Source: Synechococcus sp. UW140 (GTDB lineage Bacteria; Pseudomonadota; Gammaproteobacteria; Burkholderiales; Burkholderiaceae_C). From it: DNA of 64,000 nt. Numbering within the stretch: position 1 is the stretch's first letter; the number at the start of each line of letters is the position of its first letter. The stretch spans positions 172,183 through 236,182 of the forward strand of contig CALRSS020000003.1 of assembly GCA_943370905.1 (NCBI GenBank), given 5' to 3'. The position numbers were made by a program, and so were the translations under genes. Shown here in pieces: positions 26,714 through 36,359 of the stretch. Under the pieces are notes generated by a model, which had not been told where the DNA came from, did not search any database, and saw nothing but the letters and a program-made list of their open reading frames with translations.

Positions 26714-29185
26714 ATGCAAAAAATCATTCGCCAGATTGCCACCGAAATCAAGGTTCAGGAGCAGCAGATCCGTGTCGCCGTGGAGCTTCTGGACGGTGGT
26801 GCCACCGTGCCCTTCATTGCCCGGTACAGAAAGGAAGTCACCGGCGGACTGGACGACATCCAGCTGCGCGAGCTGGAATACCGTCTGGGCTACCTCCGGG
26901 AGCTGGAAGAGCGCCGCGAAGCCGTCATCAAGAGCATCGAGGAGCAGGGCAAGCTCACGCCCGAGCTGCGTGCCGCCATTGAACTGGCCGCCACCAAGCA
27001 GGACCTGGAAGATCTGTACCTGCCCTACAAGCCCAAGCGCCGCACCAAAGGGCAGATTGCCCGCGAGGCCGGCATTGAACCGCTGGCTGATGCGCTGTTT
27101 GCCAATCCTTCGCTGGTGCCAGCCGACGAGGCCGCCGCCTACGTGAAGGCCGAGAAAAACGAAAGCGGTGACGACTTCACCACGGTGCAGGCGGTGCTCG
27201 ACGGGGTGCGCGACATTTTGTCGGAGCGCTGGGCGGAAGACGCCGCCCTGGTGCAGTCGCTGCGCGGCTGGCTCTGGAACGAAGGCCTGTTTGCCTCCAA
27301 ACTGGTCACCGGCAAGGACGAGAACCTGCCAGACAACGCCAAGTTCCGCGACTATTTCGACTACGACGAACCCATCGGCCGCGTGCCTTCGCACCGTGCG
27401 CTGGCCGTGTTCCGCGGCCGCGCGCTGGAGATTCTGGATGCCAAGCTGGTGTTGCCGGAGCCACCCGAGGTGGGCACATCGGGAAAGACGGGCCCCACCG
27501 TGTCGCTCGCTGAGGGCAAGATTGCGCTGCACCTGGGCTGGAGCCACAAGGGCAGGGCAGCAGACGACCTGATCCGCAAATGCGTGGCCTGGACCTGGCG
27601 CGTCAAGCTCAGTCTGTCACTGGAGCGCGATCTCTTCACCCGCCTGCGGGAAGAGGCCGAGAAGGTGGCCATCAAGGTCTTTGCCGACAACCTGCGCGAC
27701 CTGCTGCTGGCCGCACCCGCCGGCCCGCGCGTCGTGATGGGGCTGGACCCAGGCATTCGCACCGGCGTGAAAGTGGCCGTGGTCGATGCGACCGGCAAGC
27801 TGGTCGAAACCGCCACCGTGTACCCGCACGAGCCGCGCAAGGACTGGGATGGCTCGCTGCACACGCTGGCCAGGCTGTGTGAAAAGCATGGCGTGAACCT
27901 GATCGCCATCGGCAATGGCACGGCCAGCCGCGAGACCGACAAGCTGGCGGCTGACCTGATCAAGTTGATGGCGAAAACTTCCGTTCGGGCTGAGCCTGTC
28001 GAAGCCGACCCTTCGACAGGCTCAGGGCGAACGGGAAGGGAAACTGCGGTGATCGAGAAGGTGGTGGTCAGCGAAGCGGGCGCCTCGGTGTATTCGGCCA
28101 GCGAGTTCGCCAGCCAGGAAATGCCAGACGTGGACGTGAGCCTGCGCGGCGCCGCCAGCATTGCGCGCCGGCTGCAGGACCCCTTGGCCGAGCTGGTGAA
28201 GATCGACCCGAAATCCATCGGCGTGGGCCAGTACCAGCACGATGTGAACCAGAGCGATCTGGCGCGCAGCCTCGATGCGGTGGTGGAAGACTGCGTGAAC
28301 AGCGTGGGCGTTGACCTGAATACTGCCAGCGTGCCGTTGCTGGCGCGCGTATCGGGCCTGTCGCAGACGGTGGCCAAATCGGTGGTGCGCTGGCGCGACG
28401 CCAACGGTGCCTTCGCGTCGCGGGCCGACCTGCTCAAGGTGACGGGCCTGGGCGCCAAGACCTTTGAGCAGAGTGCGGGCTTTTTGCGCCTGCGTACCCA
28501 GGTCGAAGGCAGCAACCCGCTGGACATGACGGGCGTGCACCCGGAGACCTACCCGGTGGTCGAGAAAATCATGCTGCATACCGGCAAGCCGGTGGCCGAG
28601 CTGATGGGTCGCTCCGAAATGCTCAAGACCCTGCGCCCCGAGCTGTTTGCCAACGAGCAGTTTGGCGTGATCACGGTGAAGGACATCCTGACTGAGCTGG
28701 AGAAACCCGGACGCGACCCGCGCCCTGATTTCAAGGTGGCCCGCTTCAACGACGACGTGGAAGACATCAGGGACTTGAAGGAAGGCATGACGCTGGAAGG
28801 CACTGTCAGCAACGTCGCGGCCTTCGGCGCCTTCATCGACATCGGCGTGCACCAGGATGGCCTGGTGCATGTGAGCCAACTGGCGCACAAGTTCGTCAAT
28901 GATGCACGCGAGGTGGTCAAGACTGGCGACATCGTCAAGGTGCGCGTGACTGAAGTGGACGTGGCCCGCAAGCGCATCGGACTGACCATGAAGCTGGGCG
29001 ACCCACCGGCGCGGCGGGACGGTGCGCAGGGTTTTCGCGAGAACCGCTTTGAGGGCGCAGCGCCGGGTCGGTCCGGCGGGGCAGGTCGCGCAGGCCCTTA
29101 CAGCGGGACTGCTCGTGCGCCGCAGGCTGCTGCCTCGACCGCGATGGAGTCGGCCTTCAGCAAGCTCGCCGCACTCAAAAAATAA
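26714..29185 (+). CDS. tex: Tex-family RNA-binding transcription accessory protein
   Basis: GATVPFIARYRKE, GLDPGIRTG, VSEAGASVYSAS, IGVGQYQHDV and a C-terminal S1 domain. Confidence 0.96.
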   Translation: MQKIIRQIATEIKVQEQQIRVAVELLDGGATVPFIARYRKEVTGGLDDIQLRELEYRLGYLRELEERREAVIKSIEEQGKLTPELRAAIELAATKQDLEDLYLPYKPKRRTKGQIAREAGIEPLADALFANPSLVPADEAAAYVKAEKNESGDDFTTVQAVLDGVRDILSERWAEDAALVQSLRGWLWNEGLFASKLVTGKDENLPDNAKFRDYFDYDEPIGRVPSHRALAVFRGRALEILDAKLVLPEPPEVGTSGKTGPTVSLAEGKIALHLGWSHKGRAADDLIRKCVAWTWRVKLSLSLERDLFTRLREEAEKVAIKVFADNLRDLLLAAPAGPRVVMGLDPGIRTGVKVAVVDATGKLVETATVYPHEPRKDWDGSLHTLARLCEKHGVNLIAIGNGTASRETDKLAADLIKLMAKTSVRAEPVEADPSTGSGRTGRETAVIEKVVVSEAGASVYSASEFASQEMPDVDVSLRGAASIARRLQDPLAELVKIDPKSIGVGQYQHDVNQSDLARSLDAVVEDCVNSVGVDLNTASVPLLARVSGLSQTVAKSVVRWRDANGAFASRADLLKVTGLGAKTFEQSAGFLRLRTQVEGSNPLDMTGVHPETYPVVEKIMLHTGKPVAELMGRSEMLKTLRPELFANEQFGVITVKDILTELEKPGRDPRPDFKVARFNDDVEDIRDLKEGMTLEGTVSNVAAFGAFIDIGVHQDGLVHVSQLAHKFVNDAREVVKTGDIVKVRVTEVDVARKRIGLTMKLGDPPARRDGAQGFRENRFEGAAPGRSGGAGRAGPYSGTARAPQAAASTAMESAFSKLAALKK
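27981..28034. repeat. 54-bp palindromic miniature element inserted in frame in tex
   Basis: CCGTTCG-GGC-TGAGCCTGTCGAAG-CCGACC-CTTCGACAGGCTCA-GGG-CGAACGG: perfect 14-bp and 7-bp stems; within the peptide SVRAEPVEADPSTGSGRTG. Confidence 0.88.
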
Positions 29186-29208
29186 ACACCTCCGCCATCA
29201 CATATCCC

Positions 29209-30315
29209 ATGAATGCACCGCCCATGAGAGCGCTCCGCATTTACGCCGGCCCGGTGGCGCGTCGCCACATCGCGCAACACGGCCTGCAGCCGCGCGATGT
29301 GAGCGTGGTGCCCGGTGCGGCGGGCGGGCCCAAGGGCTTGATTCTCGGTGCGCTCGACCGTTTCATTTTCGGCGACTGGCTGGCGCGCACCGACCATCCG
29401 GTGCATCTGGTTGGCGCCTCGATTGGCGCATGGCGCATGGCCACGGCCTGCCTGAACGATCCGCATGCGGCTTTTGAGCGCCTGGAGCACGACTACATCC
29501 ACCAGCATTACGAACTGGCCCCAGGCCGTAAAACCCCGACGGCGGCGCATGTCAGCGAGCAATTTGGTGTCAGTCTGAAGTCGTTTTACGGTGGCCGCAT
29601 TCACGAAGTGCTGCAACACCCCCGCTTCCGCCTGCACATCGTCACTTCCCGCGGTCGCCACGTGCTGGGGCGCGAACACCGCCTGGCCACGCCTCTCGGC
29701 TATCTCGGTGCCTTCCTGACGAACAGCGTTCATCGCAAAGCCATGGGGGCCTGGCTTGAGCGGGTGGTGTTTTCCAGCCCTGGGGCCGCGCTGCCGTTTG
29801 CCACCACCGACTACCGGACCCGCCAGGTGGCATTGAACGAGTCGAACTTCCAGCCGGCCTTGCAGGCCAGCTGTTCGATCCCGTTTGTGCTGAAACCGGT
29901 GCACGGCATTCCGGGTGCGCCCGCAGGCGCCTATTGGGACGGCGGCATCACCGATTACCACCTGCATCTGGACTACCACCGTCCCCGGGGCATTGATGGC
30001 AAGGGTCCCGGTCTCGTGCTGTACCCGCACTTCCAGAAGGCCGTGGTGCCTGGCTGGCTCGACAAGGGGCTGAAGTGGCGGCACAGGTCGAGCCGTTTTC
30101 TGGAGTCCATGGTGTTGCTGGCACCCGACCCGGTGTGGGTGAAACGTTTGCCCAATGGCAAGCTGCCGGACCGCACTGACTTCACCCGCTACGGCCAGGA
30201 CCTGCAGGCGCGGGTGACTGCATGGACTGCCGCCGCCGCGGCGAGCACACAACTGGCCGATGAATGGCAGCAGTGGCTGCTGCGGCCCGACATGGGCCAG
30301 GTCGAGCCCCTTTGA
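29209..30315 (+). CDS. Patatin-like phospholipase
   Basis: GAAGGPKG, GASIG nucleophile elbow, DGG motif. Confidence 0.85.
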   Translation: MNAPPMRALRIYAGPVARRHIAQHGLQPRDVSVVPGAAGGPKGLILGALDRFIFGDWLARTDHPVHLVGASIGAWRMATACLNDPHAAFERLEHDYIHQHYELAPGRKTPTAAHVSEQFGVSLKSFYGGRIHEVLQHPRFRLHIVTSRGRHVLGREHRLATPLGYLGAFLTNSVHRKAMGAWLERVVFSSPGAALPFATTDYRTRQVALNESNFQPALQASCSIPFVLKPVHGIPGAPAGAYWDGGITDYHLHLDYHRPRGIDGKGPGLVLYPHFQKAVVPGWLDKGLKWRHRSSRFLESMVLLAPDPVWVKRLPNGKLPDRTDFTRYGQDLQARVTAWTAAAAASTQLADEWQQWLLRPDMGQVEPL

Positions 30316-30419
30316 GGCCTGATGCACCCATCTGCCAGGCGGCACGCCCCGCGGGGGTAAATCCCTAAGCCCTGGCGAAGGCCTGCCTCCCAGAATGAAG
30401 GCTTGTTTCTGGAGGCTTC

Positions 30420-31433
30420 ATGGTGCGATCTTTCCGACCTTCCCGGTCTTCACCCTTGTCGGTATCCCGGCGGGCGTTCAATCTGTCAGCTGTGGCCGCC
30501 GTGGCCTCGGTGGCGGCCCCCGCGTTCGCGCAATCGGCCTGGCCCAACAAGCCCATCCGCATCATCGTGCCGTATACACCGGGCGGCTTCACAGACCAGA
30601 TGGCCAGGCTGGTGCAGCAGGGCTTGCAGCAGCGCCTGGGGCAGCCGGTGATCATCGACAACAAGCCGGGCGCCAACAGCCTCATCGGCGTCGAGGCACT
30701 GGCCAAGGCGCCGCCAGACGGCAGCACCTTCGGCGTGGTGATCGCGGCCTATGCCGCCAACACCACGCTCTATCCGAAGTTGCCGTACGACCCGAAGAAA
30801 GACCTGGTGGGTGTCTCGCTGATGGGCGTGTCGCCGCTGCTGGCTGCGGTGAACATCAACGCGCCGTTCAAGACGGCACGGGAACTGATCGACTACGCCA
30901 AAGCCAACCCCGGCAAGATCAGCTTTGGCTCGTCCGGCAATGGCTCGGCAGCGCACCTGACCAGCGAGTTGTGGAAATCACTCACCGGCACCTACATGGT
31001 TCACATTCCGTACCGTGGCGCGGTGCCGGCACTGACCGATTTGCTGGGCGGGCAGATTCAGTTGTTTTTTGATGCGCCCACCGGCCTCATCAACCAGGGC
31101 AAGGCCGGCAAGGTGCGCCTGATCGGCGTGGCCAGCGACCGCCGCCTGCCCGCCGTTCCCGACGTGCCGACCTTCATCGAGCAAGGCTTTGCCGGCTTCA
31201 CCGGCAGCACCTGGGCCGGCATGCTGGCGCCGGCAGGAACACCGCGCGACATCGTCAAACGCATGTCGGAGGAGGTCGCGCGCATCATCAAGGCCGACGA
31301 CACCCGTGCCCGGCTCGACGCCATGGGCACCTTCCCGGCGGGCAGCACGCCCGAGGAGTTTGACGAATTCATCGGCACCGAGACCGTGAAGTGGGCGAAG
31401 GTGATTCAGACGGCAGGCGTGAAGGCGGAGTAG
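30420..31433 (+). CDS. Bug/TctC tripartite tricarboxylate transporter substrate-binding protein
   Basis: Tat-like RR signal, WPNKPIRIIVPY, NKPGA, HIPYRG. Confidence 0.93.
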   Translation: MVRSFRPSRSSPLSVSRRAFNLSAVAAVASVAAPAFAQSAWPNKPIRIIVPYTPGGFTDQMARLVQQGLQQRLGQPVIIDNKPGANSLIGVEALAKAPPDGSTFGVVIAAYAANTTLYPKLPYDPKKDLVGVSLMGVSPLLAAVNINAPFKTARELIDYAKANPGKISFGSSGNGSAAHLTSELWKSLTGTYMVHIPYRGAVPALTDLLGGQIQLFFDAPTGLINQGKAGKVRLIGVASDRRLPAVPDVPTFIEQGFAGFTGSTWAGMLAPAGTPRDIVKRMSEEVARIIKADDTRARLDAMGTFPAGSTPEEFDEFIGTETVKWAKVIQTAGVKAE

Positions 31434-31455
31434 CCCTCGTCATCTACCTGTTAGA

Positions 31456-32592
31456 TCACATCGACGTTTCAAGCATCGCGCGGTAGTCGTCACGGGTGGC
31501 CAGCCGCGGGTTGGTCTTGTGGCAATGGTCAGCCATCGCGCCGTCGATGATGGCTTCAAACTGCGCGGCAGTAACTCCCATGGCCGCCAGGCCTGTGGGC
31601 AGCCCCAGCCGCGCATTCATGTCACGAATCGCTTCCGGAATATCGCTGCCTGACTGCAGCCCCATGGCCCGTGCCATGCGGTCCAGCCGGTGCTCTTTCT
31701 GCAGCGATTCAACCGCCGCATTGAACCGCACCACCGTTGGCAAAAACATGGCGTTCAGCGTGCCATGGTGCAGGCGCGGATCCACGCCGCCCAGGCTGTG
31801 GCTCAGCGAATGCACGCAACCGAGCCCCTTCTGGAAGGCCATGGCGCCCTGCATGGAGGCGCTCATCAGGTTCAGGCGGGCCTCGCGGTCGCTGCCGTCG
31901 CGGGTGGCGCGCTCGATGTGCGACCAGCCGCGCTCCAGGCCGTCCAGCGCAATGCCGTCCGCCGGTGGGTTGAAGGCGGCTGACATGTAGGTTTCCATGC
32001 AGTGCGCAATCGCGTCCATTCCGGTGGCGGCAGTGAGCTTGGGCGGCAGGCCGAGTGTGAGCTCAGGGTCGCAGATGGCGGTCTTGGGCACGATGTTCCA
32101 GGAATGGAAGCCAAGCTTACGGTGGTCGTCCACGATGATGATGGCGCCACGCGCCACCTCGCTGCCAGTGCCGCTGGTGGTGGGCACGGCAATCAGCGGG
32201 GCCGCGCGCTCGGTGATTTTCGGTGAGCCGCCTTCAATCGTGGCGTAGGTGGTCAGCGGCCCCTCGTGCGTGGCGGCAATGGCCACACCCTTGGCGCAAT
32301 CGATGGCCGAGCCGCCGCCCACGGCGATCAGCCCGTCGCAGTTGCCGGATTTGTACATCGCCACAGCGGCCCGCACCGCCGTTTCCGTTGGGTTGGAGGG
32401 TGTCTGGTCGAACACGGTGACAGGCATGCCGGGCAGGGCGTCCAGCGCCTTTTGCAGCACGCCGGCGGCCTTCACGCCGGCGTCGGTCACGATGAGGGGC
32501 CGGGTGATGCCCACGCGCTCGCATTCCTGCTTGAGCAGCCTGACGGCGCCATAGTCGAACTGGACCTGGGTGATGTAGTAAATGAATGCCAT
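31456..32592 (-). CDS. Iron-containing alcohol dehydrogenase
   Basis: GGGSAID, PTTSGTGSE, DAIAHCME, HSLSHSLG, HHG; start at MAFIYY. Confidence 0.92.
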   Translation of the reverse strand: MAFIYYITQVQFDYGAVRLLKQECERVGITRPLIVTDAGVKAAGVLQKALDALPGMPVTVFDQTPSNPTETAVRAAVAMYKSGNCDGLIAVGGGSAIDCAKGVAIAATHEGPLTTYATIEGGSPKITERAAPLIAVPTTSGTGSEVARGAIIIVDDHRKLGFHSWNIVPKTAICDPELTLGLPPKLTAATGMDAIAHCMETYMSAAFNPPADGIALDGLERGWSHIERATRDGSDREARLNLMSASMQGAMAFQKGLGCVHSLSHSLGGVDPRLHHGTLNAMFLPTVVRFNAAVESLQKEHRLDRMARAMGLQSGSDIPEAIRDMNARLGLPTGLAAMGVTAAQFEAIIDGAMADHCHKTNPRLATRDDYRAMLETSM

Positions 32593-32676
32593 GGGGTGCT
32601 TGTCTCCGCGTTGTACGATGTGGCGCTGCGCCGATGTGAAACGTATGCACACTACTTTAATGGCAGGAGACTCCCC

Positions 32677-33543
32677 ATGCTCAGCAAGCAAACCCTGATC
32701 ACTGCCGCGCTCGCGGTCTTTGGCCTGCAGGCCGGTGCCGAATGCCTCAGCGATGCCCAGGTCGCCGAGATGGCCGCCAACATCGCTGCCCGAACGCCGG
32801 CCACGACGCCGGAGGGACTGACCGAAGCCGACGGGGCCTGCACCCGCGCCAAGCTCAATGCGCTGCTGGAAAAGCGGCATGGCAAAGTGATCGGCTACAA
32901 GGCCGGGCTGACCAACCCGGCCGTACAAAAGCGCTTCAACTACGACCAGCCGGTCTGGGGCAAGCTGTTTGAGGGCATGGTGCTGGCCGATGGCTCGGTG
33001 GTGGACGCTGCCTTTGGCGCCCGGCCGCTCTTTGAAGCCGACATGCTGGTGCGTGTGAAAACAGCCACGATCAACCAGGCCAGAACTCCGATGGAGGTGC
33101 TGGAGGCGATCGACCAGGTGATCCCGTTCATCGAACTGCCCGATCTGGTGGTGCTGGCGCCGCCCAAGCTCAATGGCGCCGCCATCAGCGCCATCAATGT
33201 CGGTGCCCGGCTGGGTGTGGCGGGCACGCCGATTGCCGTGCCGGTGCTGCGCGCCGAGCGCTACCGCCTGCTCGACGAGCTGCGCGACATGACCGTGGTG
33301 CTGGCCGATGGCAGCGGTGCCACGCTGGGCACCGGCAAAGGCAGCGATGTGCTGGAGCATCCGCTCAACGCCGTGGTGTGGCTGGCCGGTGCGCTGGCCA
33401 AAGAGGGCCTGACGATGAAGCCGGGGGACCTGATCAGCCTCGGTTCGTTCTCGCCGCTGCTGCCGCCCAAGGCGGGCCTGAAGGCCAGTGTGAGCTACCA
33501 GGGCCTGACAGGGGCCAAGCCTGTGTCTGTGGTGTTCAAGTAA
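32677..33543 (+). CDS. FAH-superfamily hydratase (2-keto-4-pentenoate hydratase-like) with signal peptide
   Basis: IGYKAGLT, LFEADML, IELPD, HPLNAVVWL, GDLISLGS; N-terminal signal-like segment. Confidence 0.8.
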   Translation: MLSKQTLITAALAVFGLQAGAECLSDAQVAEMAANIAARTPATTPEGLTEADGACTRAKLNALLEKRHGKVIGYKAGLTNPAVQKRFNYDQPVWGKLFEGMVLADGSVVDAAFGARPLFEADMLVRVKTATINQARTPMEVLEAIDQVIPFIELPDLVVLAPPKLNGAAISAINVGARLGVAGTPIAVPVLRAERYRLLDELRDMTVVLADGSGATLGTGKGSDVLEHPLNAVVWLAGALAKEGLTMKPGDLISLGSFSPLLPPKAGLKASVSYQGLTGAKPVSVVFK

Positions 33544-33559
33544 GGCCTGCTGACGACCC

Positions 33560-34585
33560 ATGCAGCGACACCCCGCAACCGCCCACCATGCGCATGACAA
33601 GGACCATGCCCAGGCGCTCCTCACACCCGCGATGCGCGATGTGCTCACGCGCATGGCCAAGGCCAACCGGCCGCCGTTCCATACGCTGACGCCCGACCAG
33701 GCCCGTGCGGCCTATGAGGCAGGCGCCGGTGTGCTCGAAATCCCGCCAGCACCATTGGCGCGTGTCGAGGACTTCACCATTCCCGCGCGGGATGGCCACT
33801 TGCTGCCGGCCCGGCTTTATTCGGACCAGGCCGTGGCACCCGATGCCAACCAGCGCTCCCCGGTGCTGCTGTACTTGCACGGCGGCGGCTTCACCGTGGG
33901 CAGCATCGCCACCCACGATGTGCTGTGCCGGCAACTCAGCCATCTGGCGGGCTGCGCCGTGGTGTCGCTGGGCTACCGGCTTGCGCCCACGCACAAGTTT
34001 CCGACTGCGGCCCACGATGCCTGGGATGCGTTGCAATGGCTGGCCCTGCATGGCGCTGGTCTCGGGCTGGACACTCGCCGCGTGGCCGTTGGCGGTGACA
34101 GTGCCGGTGGTACGCTGGCGGCGGTATGTGCCGTACAGGCCCGCGATGCGGGCTTGCCGTTGGCGCTGCAACTGCTGATCTACCCGGGTTGCGTGGGCCA
34201 CCAGAGCACGCCTTCGCACCGCACATTCGCCAGCGGTTTTGTGCTGGAAGAAGCCAGCATTACCTGGTTTTTCAATCAATACATCCGCAGCGATGCCGAC
34301 CGCGACGACTGGCAGTTCGCGCCGCTGGACGCGCCCAATGCGCCCGACCTGGAGGGCGTGGCGCCTGCCTGGGTGGGCCTGGCCGAATGCGATCCGCTGG
34401 TCGATGAAGGCGTGATGTACGCCGACAAGTTGCGCACGGCGGGCGTGGCGGTGGACATTGATATTTACCGCGGCGTGACGCATGAATTCATCAAGATGGG
34501 CCGGGTGATTCCTGAAGCGCGCCTTGCCCATGCCGACGCCGCCCGGGCGCTGCGCCATGCCTTTGACCTCCCCCAATCCAACTGA
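33560..34585 (+). CDS. HSL-family alpha/beta hydrolase (esterase)
   Basis: HGGGF, GDSAGG, CDPL, HEF catalytic set. Confidence 0.92.
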   Translation: MQRHPATAHHAHDKDHAQALLTPAMRDVLTRMAKANRPPFHTLTPDQARAAYEAGAGVLEIPPAPLARVEDFTIPARDGHLLPARLYSDQAVAPDANQRSPVLLYLHGGGFTVGSIATHDVLCRQLSHLAGCAVVSLGYRLAPTHKFPTAAHDAWDALQWLALHGAGLGLDTRRVAVGGDSAGGTLAAVCAVQARDAGLPLALQLLIYPGCVGHQSTPSHRTFASGFVLEEASITWFFNQYIRSDADRDDWQFAPLDAPNAPDLEGVAPAWVGLAECDPLVDEGVMYADKLRTAGVAVDIDIYRGVTHEFIKMGRVIPEARLAHADAARALRHAFDLPQSN

Positions 34586-34592
34586 CCTTGCC

Positions 34593-35450
34593 ATGAATCG
34601 ACAGGACTTCCGGTTTTTCCATCGCCTGCGCGTGCGCTGGGCCGAGGTGGACATGCAGAAAATCGTGTTCAACGCGCATTACCTGATGTACTTTGACACC
34701 GCCATCACTGACTACTGGCGGGCGATGGCCTTGCCCTACGAAGCGGCTTTCGAACAGATGGGCGGTGAGCTGTACGTGAAAAAAGCCACCGTCGAATACC
34801 ACGGCTCGGCACGTTTTGAAGACCAGCTCGACGTGGCGCTCAAATGCCAGCGGGTGGGCAACTCATCCATCGTTTTCAGCGGTGCGATTTTTCACGGCGA
34901 GACCCTGCTGATTGCTTGCGAACTGGTCTATGTGTTTGCCGATCCGGCCACGCAAACGTCGCGGCCAGTCCCCGCGCCGCTGCGCGAACTGCTGACGGGC
35001 TACGAGGCCGGGCAGCCGGTGGTCAGCCTGCAAACCTCGGATTGGGCCACTGTTTCGGCGCAGGCACGCAGCGTCCGTCAAGCCGTGTTTGTGGAGGAGC
35101 AGGGCATCCCGCTGGCCATGGAATGGGATGATGCCGACGCAACCGCGCTGCATGCGGTGGCCATCAATGCCTTGGGGCAGTGTGTGGCGACAGGGCGGCT
35201 GACCAGGTACGAAGAGGGCGTTGGGAAAATTGGCCGCATGGCCGTGCATCGGGTGTTGCGTGGCGCGGGTCTGGGCCAGCAGGTGCTGGCAGTTTTGGTG
35301 CAAGCCGCTGCCAGGCGCGGCGACCGCGAAGTGCTGCTGCATGCCCAGCGCAGCGCCGAAGGGTTTTACCGCCAGCAGGGGTTTGCCGTGCGTGGCGAGC
35401 CTTTCGAGGAGGTCGGTATTCCCCACGTCGAGATGTTCAGGGCGCTTTGA
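34593..35450 (+). CDS. YbgC/FadM thioesterase fused to GNAT acetyltransferase
   Basis: EVDMQKIVFNAHY hotdog motif, then VRQAVFVEEQ, IGRMAV, LHAQ, EVGIPH GNAT motifs. Confidence 0.88.
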   Translation: MNRQDFRFFHRLRVRWAEVDMQKIVFNAHYLMYFDTAITDYWRAMALPYEAAFEQMGGELYVKKATVEYHGSARFEDQLDVALKCQRVGNSSIVFSGAIFHGETLLIACELVYVFADPATQTSRPVPAPLRELLTGYEAGQPVVSLQTSDWATVSAQARSVRQAVFVEEQGIPLAMEWDDADATALHAVAINALGQCVATGRLTRYEEGVGKIGRMAVHRVLRGAGLGQQVLAVLVQAAARRGDREVLLHAQRSAEGFYRQQGFAVRGEPFEEVGIPHVEMFRAL

Positions 35451-35462
35451 CGCCAGCCCTCT

Positions 35463-36320
35463 TCATGAGGCCATAGGCACGGAAAAATCCAGGCCCACCT
35501 CGGTTGCGGTGGGCAATGCCTCGCCGTGCCGGTGCGCACGCTCCCGCATCTCGATGGTCAGTGCGTTGCCGGTCTTGCCTGCGGTTTCAGCGCTCGCCAC
35601 GATCAGTGTGCTGCAGCGCGTGCCGTAGCCGTGCGCGGGGAACTCCACAAAGGCGCTGGACAGCGCTTCCTCGAAGTGCAACGGAACGCCGGTGGCTGGC
35701 AACTGCTCGCGCGGTGCGCGTGCGCGGCTGGACAGTGCCGACCACAACGGTGAATGGAGGTTGGTACCCGGGCCTGTCGAGTGATCGGCCAGCGCGCGCT
35801 CCAGCACAGACCGAAGGGCGATGGTTTTCGGCCAGGGTGTGTCCAGTGCTGCATTGGACAATCCATAGACACCTGGTCCCAGGGTCTGCAGGTGCAACGG
35901 TGCGCCAGAGCTGGCGCGGTTGGTCATCCAGGCCCATTGACGCGTCTGCAGGTCACCCACCACGAGGTTGAAGCCACCGTAATCGGTGGCCTCGCCGGCA
36001 ACGGTGGCCGCAAAGTCGCCGCTGTCGCCCGGGTAGCCGAGCCACCGCGTCACCAGTGCACCGCGCGAGCGTGACGGCGCGGGGGCATCGGGAGAAGGCG
36101 CTTCGCGCACATTGGTCAGAAAAGCCACCCGGCCAGCGGGCGTGAGACCCATCCAGGTGCCGCCGGCCTGCAGGTCGCGGCCGGAGATGATTTCGTGCGC
36201 GCCTTCGGTGTGCCAGCGTGCCAGCGGCAGCGTGGGGCGGCTCAGGAACTCGTCGCGATTGCCGGCGATGACCAGCGGCCACTGTTCAGAAGCGCCAATG
36301 GCAAAGGCAATGAGGCACAT
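35463..36320 (-). CDS. NRDE/TANGO2-family protein
   Basis: MCLI N-terminus, NRDEF, GGTWMG, FLTN, YGTRCST. Confidence 0.92.
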   Translation of the reverse strand: MCLIAFAIGASEQWPLVIAGNRDEFLSRPTLPLARWHTEGAHEIISGRDLQAGGTWMGLTPAGRVAFLTNVREAPSPDAPAPSRSRGALVTRWLGYPGDSGDFAATVAGEATDYGGFNLVVGDLQTRQWAWMTNRASSGAPLHLQTLGPGVYGLSNAALDTPWPKTIALRSVLERALADHSTGPGTNLHSPLWSALSSRARAPREQLPATGVPLHFEEALSSAFVEFPAHGYGTRCSTLIVASAETAGKTGNALTIEMRERAHRHGEALPTATEVGLDFSVPMAS

Positions 36321-36359
36321 GGCGCGTTACATCAGTTTGCGGGCCGCAACCAGACGGTT

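Noticed and set aside
31456-33666. 736-aa ORF as one protein
   Set aside because: Only the part from 32592 is an Fe-ADH; the extension is antisense to the hydratase gene.
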